A stretch of DNA of 62,608 nucleotides, the filler included, from Hausera hauseri (taxonomy: Eukaryota), in the NCBI GenBank assembly GCA_046269625.1. It is 11 parts of 11 records of this genome, joined end to end, with 100 filler letters (N's around TTAATTAATTAA, not from the genome) between each part and the next. Parts side by side here need not be neighbours in the genome. Positions count along the whole stretch, not along the records: positions 47,657 to 53,858 come from JBJURY010126873.1; positions 53,959 to 58,465 come from JBJURY010549563.1; positions 58,566 to 62,608 come from JBJURY010798534.1; 8 more parts are not named here. One strand, given 5' to 3'. The translations under genes and the position numbers were made by a program. How positions within the stretch are numbered: the stretch's first letter is position 1; each line of letters opens with the position of its first letter. Of this stretch, positions 50,601-62,608 are shown piece after piece. The notes below the pieces were generated by a model, which searched no databases, had not been told where the DNA came from, and saw nothing but the letters and a program-made list of their open reading frames with translations.

Positions 50601-51144
50601 GTAAATAGTGATTACTTGGAAAGAATAAAAAGGAAAGAGTCGGTGTAAAACCAAGTGGTTGGTGTGGTGACAGAGCACGCCTTGGCATGGGATTCACAGA
50701 CATTGGATTGGCAGGTGGGTGGTCGGTCACGCTGTGATCACCAATTTTCCCCAAAGAAGCCAATTTAAATTTCGAAGTAGGCTGATTAACTTTATCAACA
50801 GTAGTAAGATATCTCGGAAGGCTATGTCGTGGACAGGAGGTAAAGCGAAACAACTGTGAAATAGAGTAGACGAAATTTATGATATGAGGAATAAAGAAAA
50901 GAATAGGTGTCTTGCTGGAATGATCTAGAATTCCAAAGTCGGTAGAAGTCATGCCTGAATAATAACGAGATGTGTCACTAAAAACGCTTTCAATAGATAA
51001 CGGCTGTGTTTCCAAAAATCCCATACGGTTATTGGGAACGCTTTACCGATTTCAATCAATAAAATAGCGTCGAGCTTAAGGGGGATTTTCGGTTAATTAT
51101 TTTCATCTGTTTGTGATTTAGATAGTAAATCTAAAGGCTCGCCA
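47657..51144 (-). mobile_element. Ty3/Gypsy (CsRn1-like) retrotransposon 5' half with Ubl-Gag
   Basis: Gag (TDPY..L, LLRRYFLNALP, CYYH knuckles), protease FLIDSGA near 49180, RT FRPCGDYR and YIDDIL. Candidate PBS TGGCGAGCC at 51136-51144. Confidence 0.9.
49260..50640 (-). pseudogene. gag: Ubiquitin-like domain fused to Gag (...TIIHVHIRVRGG|MDFSP...)
   Basis: FYFTYNNLPV...LRNLSVPS..TIIHVHIRVRGG ends at 50415 and is followed in frame by ATG (50412-50414) and Gag. Confidence 0.75.
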
Positions 51145-51849
51145 GTTATTTTTAGTAATGCTAAATATGTGAAATGTTGCCCTTTCAATTGATCTTCTTT
51201 CTATAGGAATTTCATCTTTACGATCATGTTGTACAATAAAACATGATCGGACATTGAACAGAGTAAAGTATTCTGTAATGCAAACAAACTACTCCTGTCA
51301 ACACCGAAATACTGAACTCTTAATCTCATAAACAAAAGACAAATAATATTGTACGATTCACGAAAAAAATTAAGGAAGTTCACTGTATTCCCAAAAATAC
51401 CAAAAAAGAATAACCAGTATTTTGAATGATTTCAATTTCCGAAAAATTATAGTTTCCGTTAATATTTTATTGACTCACGTTCAGTAAATATTATTTTGGA
51501 CGTATTCCCTCTGAAATACACAAAGGGTTTGACATTAACGTTTCGAGAATGTGTTGAGTGTGGAAATTGTCTGTCTTTAACACTTAATGTTTCAGTAATT
51601 CTGATAAGCGATGCCCCGAATGGTGTATTAAATGGAATATACACTATGTTATCAAAGAGAAAATCAAGGTCGACATTTGCAATTTCCCAAGCAATTATAA
51701 TGCGATAGTGGGGTTGACCAGTCAAGACACAAATTGTTTGGTCACTAATGTAAATATATCTGTTTATATCTTCACGTTCAAGGTAATGCTGAGCAAGTAC
51801 GATTATTGGTTTTTTAAATGACAAAATGTTTCTCGACATCAATTGTCTG

Positions 51850-53170
51850 AGCCGACGGAACTAAATTGATTCTCGTAACAAAAGTATATGGTTTGTCCAA
51901 TTTCGCAGTTTCAGAAACTATGAAATAAATCACCCTACCCTCTGAAACTCATATATCTTACGTATCTCGTATTCTTCCACTGAAAACCCGATGGACAGGG
52001 CTGATTTGAAAATAGAAAGTCCTCCAAAGTTTTGAATAAAATTTACCACATGTGTACACATTACTTTTCGTGTTTCTTGGCAATTGGCATACCAATTTGT
52101 ATCACAGACTTCAGGCATTGGTTGGCCAGCAGCCATATGCTTTGTGATTGGCAATTATACTTCAAAGACAATGGCAAGTAGAGCATAGAAATTATCTAAT
52201 CTTGAACACAGTTGCTGATAACGAGTTTATTTTCAGCACAGCCTTTATACATTTCTACGGAAAAATCCATACAATTTTGTCCAAATGCTATAAAAATATC
52301 TGGTATCCTTTCCACTTGGGATAATGTCTGGATTTCTCGGGGAAGCTGAACGCAATAGTTTGCCAAAGAAAGTGTTGCAGTAAAAAACATACCAAGTAGT
52401 GAGTTGAGTTTGTTATTTTCATTCAGAATCGACTGAGAAAGGGCCTTAACAGATTCTAAAATAGTCTTGCAGCGCACTCAAAGAACCATGATACCTATTA
52501 ACAGACAAGGAATTAACCCCAGTCGATTCTGACAAACATCTGAACTGAATGAAATGTATAATCAAAGTTTGCTTTAAAACAATATTGAATCATTGAAAAT
52601 CATCGACAGAGAAATAAGTTTGAATGTCATTAAATAACAGGAAATATTTCAAATAGAATTGCAAAGAATTTCTGAGATGGAAGCCCAGTTATCTTTCCTT
52701 TACTCTTAAGCCTCTCCGGTAAATTAGCAGAAACCGCCAAACTAATCGATTCAGTGCCAATCTTTGTTCAAGAGTACCAAACCATAAATTTGAGGTTTTC
52801 TTGCGGTTTTGCAATGTAATTATTAAAAATTCACTGCAAGTAGCAACTGCGTGTTTTTCAATGAATTTTCAGATATTTCCTGATTTGAAAGTAATGATGA
52901 TGTTTCAGTGATGTCAAGCAAAAGTTTCCAGGCTCGTGAAAAATCATCTAATTTCAAAGGAACTGTTTGTTTGTTGGGAAACATTTGGGCCACTCCAACC
53001 AAACTTAAAACCTGAATTTCTGCCCACTGTTTTGCTACTGTATCTTTGCTGTGATGGATTAAGAGATTTTCATTGTTCTTTTTTTCTGAAGCTACTGCAC
53101 AAAATTCTTTTATTTTGTCAAGTAAGGGAAACAAAACCTTCCACATTACTATGGACCAAGAATATTTTGA
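51850..53170 (-). pseudogene. MON2: MON2 homolog C-terminal region (fragmented exons or pseudogene)
   Basis: WKVLFPLLD..LLIHHSKDTVAKQWAEIQVLSLVGVAQMF..DFSRAW.LLLD matches MON2. Confidence 0.78.
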
Positions 53171-53274
53171 AGTACCCCTCCATGTACATCAAGAGTATTA
53201 AAAGTGTCTGACCTGCATTAACATACATAAAATTTGACCGTTTAAATTTATGAAATGTTTCAATGGCATTCAAT

Positions 53275-53586
53275 TCAAAAAACAAGAGTGGCATAGGCAA
53301 AGTGTAAAAGACAGTCACCGGGTGCCTCAGAAACAACTACCGAACTTACCTGATTTGCTGTGCACCAATTCCCGACAGTGTTTACGCAATCACAACTGTA
53401 TCCGTTCTGGAATTTCTGACACCAATTGTGGAAGTTTGTATCTTGTACCGGGTGCGGCTGACGAAAATTAAGCTGGTTTAAATTAGAAATTATACCGGTG
53501 CATTTTGGGTGCATCAATCGACCCCCGAGAACGATATGTAGCACACCAGTGTAATTACAATCAAAGGGAGATTTAACCATCTCCAA
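53275..53586 (-). pseudogene. Degenerate laminin-G/EGF (neurexin-like) fragment
   Basis: IVLGG...GIISNL followed by CQ...NGYSCDC.NT.G..C. Confidence 0.35.
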
Positions 53587-53958
53587 TATATATAAAAATC
53601 CGATCCAACAGTTCGCACAAAGATTGAAAATATTTTATTTTCTCGATCCACAAAATTTCCAACAACAATAATCAAAAAAACACGATAATCGATTTATATC
53701 AAAGTTTTCAAGTTTTTGAATTTTCAAATTAAATTGAGCCGACGTTGTTACATGATGATATTAAAACAACTTCAGCTATTGTTTCGGCATAATTTGGCAA
53801 TAGCTCCAAAATCCCCGGTGACTGTTCCAAAACGCTAACAAACACAATATTTCAGGTANNNNNNNNNNNNNNNNNNNNNNNNNNNNNNNNNNNNNNNNNN
53901 NNTTAATTAATTAANNNNNNNNNNNNNNNNNNNNNNNNNNNNNNNNNNNNNNNNNNNN

Positions 53959-54190
53959 AAAAATTTGTTAGCATGAATCATGTCTTCCAGCCATCGTTTG
54001 GCCTCATCTGTAAATGATCCATCAAATTTCCGTAGTGAGGCATTGTAGTATTTCCGGAAGTGTTTGTGATAGTCTGGAGGACTTGAATTACCTTGTCCCA
54101 TTTCCTGGTTGGATCGCCAGTAAAGAAGAATTTGCTCGGCAAAGTCGGCGGATCGAAATCCTGAATCTCACTTGGTTTCTTGTCGCACAT
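53959..54190 (-). pseudogene. Probable retrotransposon Gag N-terminal fragment
   Basis: LRKFDGSFTDEAKRWLEDM resembles the capsid F-x-G...WL motif. Confidence 0.45.
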
Positions 54191-54301
54191 AATTTAAATT
54201 GAATTCCAGAGAGTTTTTAAAATGTATTTATTTTATATCCAATATTTAAACAAATTAAAAATAAATAATAACTTTGCTTATTATTTATTTTTGTTGCCCC
54301 A

Positions 54302-54631
54302 TTACTGTACTTTTCCATTTTTTGGTACAACACTGATTTTGTCTTCTTTTGTACTCTTATAAAAGTCGCTCGCACAAATAAAAGAGGTTCTGGTCCACAG
54401 TTTATTATTTTCAAATAGTTGACATGGTTCGTTTGCAGTGACCCGGTGAATTGTGCTGTAATGTATTTTCATATTGTGTTTCAATGTCACCGGTATGTAG
54501 GGAAAGATAAATTCCGTCAGTGCAACCTCTTGTTGTCCGGATAAATCTATCGGATTGTCCCAATCTACGAGGTATTGATTGGCTGAATTGTTCGGACGAA
54601 TTATCGGACAACTGTTGCTCGGTAACCCCAT
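54302..54631 (-). pseudogene. Penton-like protein 2, N-terminal part
   Basis: LPSNSCP..RPNNSANQYLVDWDNPIDLSGQQEVALTEF. Confidence 0.78.
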
Positions 54632-54660
54632 GTAAAGACAAAGATGATGATGCAGTTTGT

Positions 54661-55667
54661 TTATCGTCGACGTCGAAAATGTAGCTTCAAATGTGTTGTT
54701 GACCCGAACAGAAATTTAATTGGTTTTCAAAATTCATCTAGCATATACACTGAAATACTGCGCACAACATTTTGAGACAACGATAAATACATTAGCCGGA
54801 TGATATTAAGGTGAGCTGTTTCGCCGGATGTTTTGTACGTGTCAGAATACATGTTCAGTGATATCTGTTAAAGTGTCGATTCGATGAAATGCTCTATGGA
54901 CTCATGGTTTGTATTTAGCGACATTAGCTCTACCGCCACCGATTTGACCGAATTCACATTTTGTAAAACCCAGATTACGTGCCAGTAGTTCATCAAAGGT
55001 AAAATATGTAACATTATCATGTAGTATAAACGAAATATCACCATCGGCGTTTAATTCAAATGTCTTTAGAACCAATTCAGCCACTTCCCTGATAAGTACA
55101 CACAATTCCACTTCCGATTCCAACAGTAAACCATATCCTGTAGTATACGAGTAAAAGGTTGATTTTGTCATTCGCCAATTCACCGTAATATCGGTTTTCA
55201 TGGGTTTGGAAAAGTTCAATTTTCTTTTACGAACTATGACATGTCCAACTAGCTGCAAACCTTTCAAGCGTAAACTGACAGATTGAAAACCCAATGCCTG
55301 AGCAAGGCTAATGATTTAAATTACAATTCAACTGAATACCGGTGTGAATTCAATTGAATATAAAAATATACATTTTGAAATATTATCGCGTATAATTGTG
55401 AACATGAAATCACTTAGAGTCGTCATTTAACTGTAAACGACTTGAAGCGGGAGATTTCTTCAGTAGAATAAAGTAAATACCTCTGTTCTCACATATTGAC
55501 ATTGCTGAAAATGTAAATGTGAATTCCATCAGATTTACTTCCCAGACTCTCTGGCGTAAATCGAGCTATTGGTCCAAGTACATGATAAATCGTTCAGCCC
55601 TATCGTTGTTGTTGTTGTCATGTTGTAATAATGATCTGCTACTGTCGTGTACCATGTAAATACTCAT
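54661..55667 (-). pseudogene. Penton-like protein 1
   Basis: Homologous to 18642-19662 (GFQSV..LKGLQL; LHFRRRR*). Confidence 0.72.
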
Positions 55668-56720
55668 TCAGTCTGCGATACAAATATCCAACTCGGTGTA
55701 GTGTATCCGTGCCACTTGACGAGATATTGTTTATTCGAACCTTTGCCGCCTGAATATATAATTTCCTATACGTCAGGTTTCTCAGGCAATATCTGCAGAT
55801 CCTGTTCGTAGAATTTACCACGTATTTCCTCACCAGTTTCATCATCTTCTAAAACATATATGACAGGTGTTCATTTTGTGCTGATTGCAGAAATTTGAAA
55901 AACCTCATCGCTCCAGTTCTGATTGAAATTCTTGATGAATGGCGTTGAACTCAATTTCAAAATGCGTACATAATCACCCATTTTGTATTTAGGACGACGT
56001 TTAATTGTGTCTTGTCGGTTTTGATAAAACCAAATGTTAAAATCATCAGTTACATCGACCAGCCGTCATCCGTTGATTCCACAATGTGTCAAATGATTGT
56101 ATGCATGAATAATATCCGGTAATACATCTACTCAGCGCTTATTGCCTTGTTTCTCAAAGAATTTGTTTAGTCGACTGCGTAGGATTCGATTAAATCGTTC
56201 AACGAGTGCAGACTTTTATTGAGAAAACACAAAGTAGTAGTTTAGATCGAACCGGTTTAAGACCGATACGACATGAAAGTTGTAGAATTATTTACCTTAA
56301 TCAGTTTGTACATGCTTCGACATTGGTTGCTGGTTTATTAATGTGTGAACAGCGTCGGCAATTTCTTTACCGAATTTTGATTTCACGGCCATTGCACGTG
56401 CAAAAGGACTAAACAAATCAATACATTTCAGCACGTACCCATACCCATCGTTAATGCTCGTCTACGGGATCATTTCCATTAGATCCATTTGCCATACGTT
56501 GTTTACGCCTGCAGCACGGTGTGCACGAGTTGGAAACCGTTTTCATATTGGTTTGTTCAGGCTGTATGCTAACTGTTTCCCAAGCCACTATTGGGTTTGT
56601 AGTCGATTCTGTTTCACAGTCTTTGCCAGTTTGTTGACAACAGTATACGCAACAGGACGACGCGGATCTAACCATACGCCCATTGCTGTTGTTGATGTCG
56701 TTTTCGTTTGTATTATAATA
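55660..56720 (-). pseudogene. Polinton rve integrase with chromodomain
   Basis: WQMDLMEMIP, ERFNRIL, YLVKWHGYTTPSW. Confidence 0.85.
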
Positions 56721-56819
56721 GTTCGAACGGAAAGTGAATGAAATATTCGGTTAAGTGGGTCAAAATGATGAAAACCATGCACCCATGCCGCTAAAACAAC
56801 ATATACTTACATTCACTGT

Positions 56820-57152
56820 TTATACTAAACTGCTGTTGCCACCGATGATACCACCTAGTAATTATATGACAACCGGTGCAATTGAGCCAATTAATCCTCC
56901 GTTTTGCTGGTACATGACTTCGCGTTTCAGTCTTTTACTACCAGCGTTGGAAAGATTAATGAATCGTTTTCTATACTATAGTAAATTCCGATTTCCACTA
57001 TCAGTGTCTACGTGACCCATAACAATATTGCACAAAATTTCCATAAAACCGTCCACTACAAATTGCAGGAATGATTGTAGCATGTTTCGTTTATGTCTCG
57101 ACGGTGCTTTAAGCAAAGCAATAAAGTACGGTTGACTACATTTGAAATGCAT
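56820..57152 (-). pseudogene. Small virion protein (QxGG motif)
   Basis: EILCNIV..KREVMYQQNGGLIG, homologous to 20835-21150. Confidence 0.65.
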
Positions 57153-57384
57153 GTTTCGTCAATGCGTATTGATGCGTCGACGTAGTTGTTTATAATCATT
57201 GCCACTGTGAGGGTTATTTACGTGTCACTGTTGTTGTTCGAAGTACTGAATTGGTTAATCGCTTAACTGTAGCGTTACGTTTTGCAATGGTACTTGTAAC
57301 ACATTTCTTTTTGGGCGCTTGTTTGGCAGGTTTACGTTTAACAATTGTTTGGGAAAATTCATCATTTTTCACTATTATCATCAT

Positions 57385-58037
57385 TATGTCGATTTTTGAA
57401 TTCGTTTATAGACATATACACCTTTCTGATTGAAAATTTTTGTTCGTACACGCATGTCACCTGGACACTGTTGTGTAAAATCAATGAACAGATATCCGTG
57501 TGGCTTGGTCATACCATCATGATATTAGTCGATTAAGTAGACTCGGTTGTGAGGAAATGCTTGTCGTGATACATAATCTATGATAGTCTGATCATGGGGA
57601 TTTTTGAACAGTACCATATAGTGCACATTGTGATTTCGTGTTCGATGCTGTTCGCCCTGATGGAACATGTTTTGCGTAATAAAAATCACTATCACACTAT
57701 GATATCCTGCAATCTTCGTAAACAGATTGTTGAAGTCGGTTTGTTTTGTGGCTTCCTGGAATAAATCATCAATGACAATAACGTCACCACCGCATAATCG
57801 TCCGGACCAGTTCTCATCAAACCCATTTATTACTGTCATCGATTTTAATTTACAAAATTACTGATGTGTCAGATCGGACTCTCCATCATCACCAACACCT
57901 TGATGCCAGTAAATGTGAGTGAACCGCAGCGAATGGAATATGCCACGGTAGTTTTGCAATAGTTTACAAACAAAGTGTGTTTTACTACTTCCACTGGGAC
58001 CTACAATCTGGTAAATTGTATTGCTCTGCATCTTCAT
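57385..58037 (-). pseudogene. A32-like packaging ATPase
   Basis: GPSGSSKT, VIVIDDLF, FITQNMF. Confidence 0.88.
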
Positions 58038-58565
58038 GTTAATAAGACACCTTTCATCACATTTTATTTATATTCACGCCCTACACATAAATACTGCTAC
58101 AGTATGAACACTGTTTCCATAATGTTAGCCAATATCAACTATCGCGAACATGTTTCGGAGTGTATCAACGCATTACCAATTAATTAATGAAATCCGAGGC
58201 AGTGTGTCCACAAATGTCTACCGGATATTACATGCATCATATTTCAATCGGGAACGTGTTGTATTATGCGTTGTCGCAAACCAATCACAACTGAAAGCAG
58301 TAAATTACTAACATTTGGAATTGTCATTGACCAAATTCAATCAATAACGGGAACGACTCAGTTAGATTTTTTGTCACTCAGTCTGCACAATTTGGCAATT
58401 GCTGCCGAATTTATTTATGAACCCGAGTTTTTTCCGCACTAAGATTAACATTATTTCTTCCACTCNNNNNNNNNNNNNNNNNNNNNNNNNNNNNNNNNNN
58501 NNNNNNNNNTTAATTAATTAANNNNNNNNNNNNNNNNNNNNNNNNNNNNNNNNNNNNNNNNNNNN

Positions 58566-61011
58566 ATACGTTGTAAATGGTGTCCTACATGTCTGCATGG
58601 CTTCAGATCAGAAACCACGTGGGAAAAACATGTGACGCTGTGCAGACAGAATGCATCAGAAACAACAATGTACGTCATGCCAGTCAAAAAAGAGCTGCGA
58701 TTTAGTGACTGATCTAAAACGGACAGTCCAGCATATGTGCTATATACTGATATTGAGGCAATCCTACCACAGCACGATGTATAGGATCAAAAACATTTTC
58801 CCAATAAATGCTGCAGATCAACCGCAGTATTACTTTTTTCATGGCTGGAACTGGGTGCATAATTTCCTGCATCATTTAAAAACAATATTTGAATCGGAAA
58901 TCGCATAGTGGGATCGCAATAACAGCACAAAACGCCTGATTTTGGACAAATGAAAATGAACACCTGACGTTTGCAGTCACACAGAAATGTTATCTGTGCC
59001 ACAAAATATTACCGTTTGATGCATAGGAACAACTCGTATCCAACCACAACCATTTTACCGGTCGATACTTGGGAGAAGCATGTAATTAGTGCAATTTATC
59101 GAGGCGTGTGCGGCCATTCCTGCCGGTGATCTTTCATAATTTCCGAGGTTATGACTGTCACCGTATTCTCAAATGGGCCATCAACGGATTTCCGCACTGG
59201 GAACTGTCCATAATCGCACCGACAATAGAGAAATATCTGTCCCTGTCAGCACGCATAAACCGGTTCCAGGTAAGCTTCCTTGATTCATTGCAATTTCTCA
59301 ATAAATCATTGACGAAGCTGATTAACGAAGCTGAATCACTGGCCTTGCCGGATGTGCCGATAACCTCAATGCAGTTCCCCACATATATTGCACGCAGCAA
59401 AGGCATATTTCCATATGACTTTGCAACATCATATGAGCGACTCCGAACAGCAGAGGATTTACCGCCGAGATGGACAGGCATCATAGAAGCTGAATATCGG
59501 AGAGCACAAAAATCATGGACAGAGCTGGGCTGTAGAAGCATGTTGGAGTATATGCTCCATTACCATAAACTGGACGTATACTTATTGGCCGATGTGTTTC
59601 AGACGTTTTGGGCGAAAGCGTTGGCAGAAGATAAGCTTCAGCCGCTCAACTTTTATTTCATATCGGGAATTAGATGGGCGTCAGCTCTAATGTCATTAGA
59701 TAAAGACATTGAGCTGCAAGACCCGGAAATGTACCGGCTGTTTGATGTTGGTATTCGCGGCGGCGTGACATTTGTCAGTGCTACCGATACCACATCACTG
59801 TTGTATATTTATATTACTAACCTATACGACTGGGCGCTATCGCAACCTTTGTCGTACGGTTCATATGATTGGATAGTCGACAGAAAAGATGTGGATGACA
59901 TAATGGTCAACCCACCACGAGCAGACATGGCAGGCTCAGTCGGATACCTGATGGCGGTCGATCTCATGATACCAGATGAGCTGCATGACGTTTTGGATGA
60001 TTTACCAGTCACACCATTTAACCAATTGCCGCCAGGCTCAAAAGTGAAGAAACTGCTCATGACGCATGAACCGAAGCTGAATTACGTCGTCCATTGGCGT
60101 ATGCTACAGTTCTACATGCAGCTGGGTGTTCTCGTTGCACAGTTACATCGCGCTATACGATTTGCTGAGGCTCCCATATTCAAGGCATACATAGATGGAA
60201 ATTCGGAGAAACGAGCAGCAGCTTGTACAAAGTTCAAAAAGGACTACTACAGGCTGAAAAACAATTCCCTGTATGGAAAAACAGTGGATAATCTGAAAAA
60301 GCGGCTCAATGTACGCCTATGAAACAGCAAAAAGCGGTTGGTTACGTATACCAGCAAGGCACAATTTCGGCGGTCAATGCACATTGCCGATGGATTGGTT
60401 GCAGTGCTGCTAAACAGCGAAGAAGTCGTTCTGGACCGGCCAAGTTACATCGGACAAGTGGTCTTGGACCTGAGCAAGTTGCGGATATATGAGCTGCAGT
60501 ATCGCGATTTGGCACGTTATCGGCAAATGTTTGGCGGTGGCGGCAGGATCAGTATAATTGCCGATAACATAGATAGTTTTTTCTCAGAACTGGAAAACTT
60601 CAATTGCGAACAACTACTGCAGTAAATGATGGAAGACGGATTACTGGACATGTCCAATTACCCACAGAATCATCCAATGTACAGTAATGCCATCACAAAC
60701 ATAATCGGCTGTTTCAAGGATGAAAGTGAAGGTGAGGTTCAGTATCGGGAATGGATATTCCTACGCCAAAAAACGGACTGTGGACCGAAAATGCGGACGA
60801 AAGGAGTCTAGCTGAAGCAGACGAAAATCGGCCACGGTGATTATCGCCGTATATATGAAGAAGAAGAAGAAGGCCAATCAAAGGCAGTAGTTTCTAAAAC
60901 GATCATTTGATCAACTGAGTACACAATAACTAGTGCGAAAGTCGCTTTGTCATGTAACGATGATAAGCGAAGGTGGGTGTGGCGAAATAAGAGTTGAGCG
61001 CATGGACATTG
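58566..61011 (+). pseudogene. Third Polinton pPolB (close relative of 7187-10484), decayed
   Basis: HNHFTG.YLG.AC..CN, FHNFRGYD, KGIFPY, TNLYDWA, KNNSLYGKT, degenerate ADNIDS, DDKR.W. Confidence 0.92.
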
Positions 61012-61309
61012 ACGACTGAAATAAACGCACGTCCAAACAATTGGTGCTCTTTCAGTTTAGTTCAGTTTAGTTACTGTGAAGTCATTGACAATTATCTGTT
61101 GTATGTTGTTTTGCTGTCTATTTTAATAACGTATTTTGTTCAATGTCTTTTGTGTTTTGATTGGAGTTACTTATTTAACCTATTATTATTAAATAATATA
61201 TAAGTAAAAATAAAACAATAGCCTTGTATGAGAAAACAAAATATGAAACATGAATACAATTATTTACTGATCGGAGACACTAAAATCACAAAAACACACA
61301 AAGTAAGTT

Positions 61310-61751
61310 AAATCATACTAAACTTCCCATTTTCTACAATGGGGATTTGACGCAACTCATTTTCTTGAATCCTTTCAACTTCAGCGTCAGGTAGCCTTTA
61401 GCTCCTTACGGTGGCAAAACCGCCGTTTCGCCTCAACGTGAACTGACAATTTTCTTTATATTCCCTTTCAGGAAAAGGGAATATCATTTCACAGCACCAA
61501 ATCACTTCAACCTTTTTAATTGTCTCTTCCATTGAGTCAAAATCACTGTCGCTAATCTTTTTCACCAACAGACCGTATTTCGGTTGCATTATTTTGACCG
61601 GTTGCGGCAATGCCAATTAAATAAGGGTTCTCAGATAGTGCAAGTTGTATCCATTGTACAACCGGGATTTTTTCAGCGAATACGAAACATACGGACTCGC
61701 GGAACTTTCACCTTGCTTGACGGAATTGTTGTTGTTGTTTGCTTAGAACAT
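61310..61751 (-). pseudogene. Homologue of the PolB-linked ORF 6648-7046, here convergent with PolB
   Basis: YNLHYLRTLI*LALPQPVKIMQPKYG...DFDSMEETI...VKLKGF aligns with YNMNSLRRPIVIKLSDPVNIKKTKFG...DVDSINESL...LKLLGY. Confidence 0.6.
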
Positions 61752-62058
61752 TTTTCTCGTAGACAGAAATAAATTGAATTACACTTCTACATATATGCTC
61801 ATGTATCAATTATTTTGTTTATATTGCACAAGTGCAAGCATTAGATGTTTACTTTACAAAACGTAGGTCTAATAAGAGGACACTAAAGTGTACAAATATT
61901 TATTAATGTATGACATTACAAATATTTGTCTACAATCTTACGCATAGCAGCAGTAACATGCATTTGACGAATGCATAATCATAGAAATGTTGTATAAGAT
62001 TCAAAGGTAGTTGTTTCGGTGCTTTTTCCAGTCGTTTGAATACTGCTTCTGACTGTTT

Positions 62059-62490
62059 TCATGGTGGTAAAATTTCCAATAAGTCAAATTTTATGATTAA
62101 CATGTCATCATTGACCAGAAGAAGTGATTCCAATTTTGATAATGGAAAAAATTTCGGAAATCCACTTTCAATGTTGCGATCGTCTTGTGGTTTCATGAAA
62201 CATGTCGATCGTAAATCAGTTTTTAATGTATCCGAGCAGACAACTTCACCTCGTTTATTCAGTAGAGACATTTCAATCGCTGCACAAAAAGGCCACTGCA
62301 ACGTATCATCAAGTTCACCTTTGACAATTGCAAAGAAAACGGATAAATGCGTACTTCGTCCAATACCACCACCATCAGGATAAATTCGGATACAGAAATT
62401 GTACTGTTGTAAACTGAATGAATTAATGCTTACAGTAACATTGTTCTTGTAGTCTGTAAATTTTTCCAATATCCAAGTGAAGGTATTCAT
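62059..62490 (-). CDS. TRAF-type MATH domain protein (stand-alone, intact)
   Basis: FTW....F.DY, YNFCIRIYPDG.G.GRSTHLSVFF.IVKGELDD.LQWPF, CFMKP, SGFPKF, LVNDDMLII. Confidence 0.88.
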   Translation of the reverse strand: MNTFTWILEKFTDYKNNVTVSINSFSLQQYNFCIRIYPDGGGIGRSTHLSVFFAIVKGELDDTLQWPFCAAIEMSLLNKRGEVVCSDTLKTDLRSTCFMKPQDDRNIESGFPKFFPLSKLESLLLVNDDMLIIKFDLLEILPP

Positions 62491-62608
62491 AATTCTGAAA
62501 ATAAATGCAAATGTTAACTTTACTTATACTTTGTTCGGTATTGAAAATGTTGGCTGCGTGCCCATCCACACCGGCCACGTCATCGCCCAGCCGGGGTAGG
62601 GTTTTAAA

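Larger units (their letters stand above)
54290..58037 (-). mobile_element. Polinton/adintovirus-like module (copy B), syntenic with copy A
   Basis: ATPase, basic ORF, QNGGL protein, integrase, penton 1 and partial penton 2 in the same order as copy A. Confidence 0.9.

Noticed and set aside
4198-58565. Recurrent TTAATTAATTAA flanked by Ns, resembling a regular repeat array
   Set aside because: Identical 100-nt synthetic spacer; an assembly concatenation artefact. ORFs running through it are partly artefactual.

Overview
This is eukaryotic (animal-like, AT-rich, 40-44 nt introns) DNA made of 11 short contigs joined by an artificial 100-nt linker (44 N + TTAATTAATTAA + 44 N), so adjacency across linkers means nothing. 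Most of it is decayed mobile or viral DNA. (1) Polinton/Maverick (adintovirus-like) pieces: three protein-primed PolB genes with an endonuclease-VII-type insert, and two diverged copies of a co-oriented module (packaging ATPase, small virion proteins, rve integrase with chromodomain, two tandem penton-like genes; the first copy also has the major capsid). (2) Ty3/Gypsy LTR retroelements of two lineages. (3) DNA transposon remnants and a few host gene fragments (coiled-coil gene, PRDX4-like, MON2, C2H2 zinc fingers). The best candidate for an undescribed system is a Gypsy-type element found in two diverged copies (32174-37160 minus; 39059-47556 plus). In it a chuvirus-like class III fusion glycoprotein lies UPSTREAM of protease-RT-RNaseH-integrase and was apparently in frame with it. 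The fuller copy also has a PTAP motif in the linker, a ubiquitin-like leader and a C-terminal FN3-like membrane protein, and shows no recognisable Gag in the visible part. Ubiquitin-like leaders occur three times, once as ...IRVRGG|M-Gag. The Polinton PolB contigs carry candidate immune-signalling decoys (a C-terminal DSGYES degron mimic and a stand-alone TRAF MATH domain). All family calls are by eye from motifs, no database search was run, and many boundaries are approximate.
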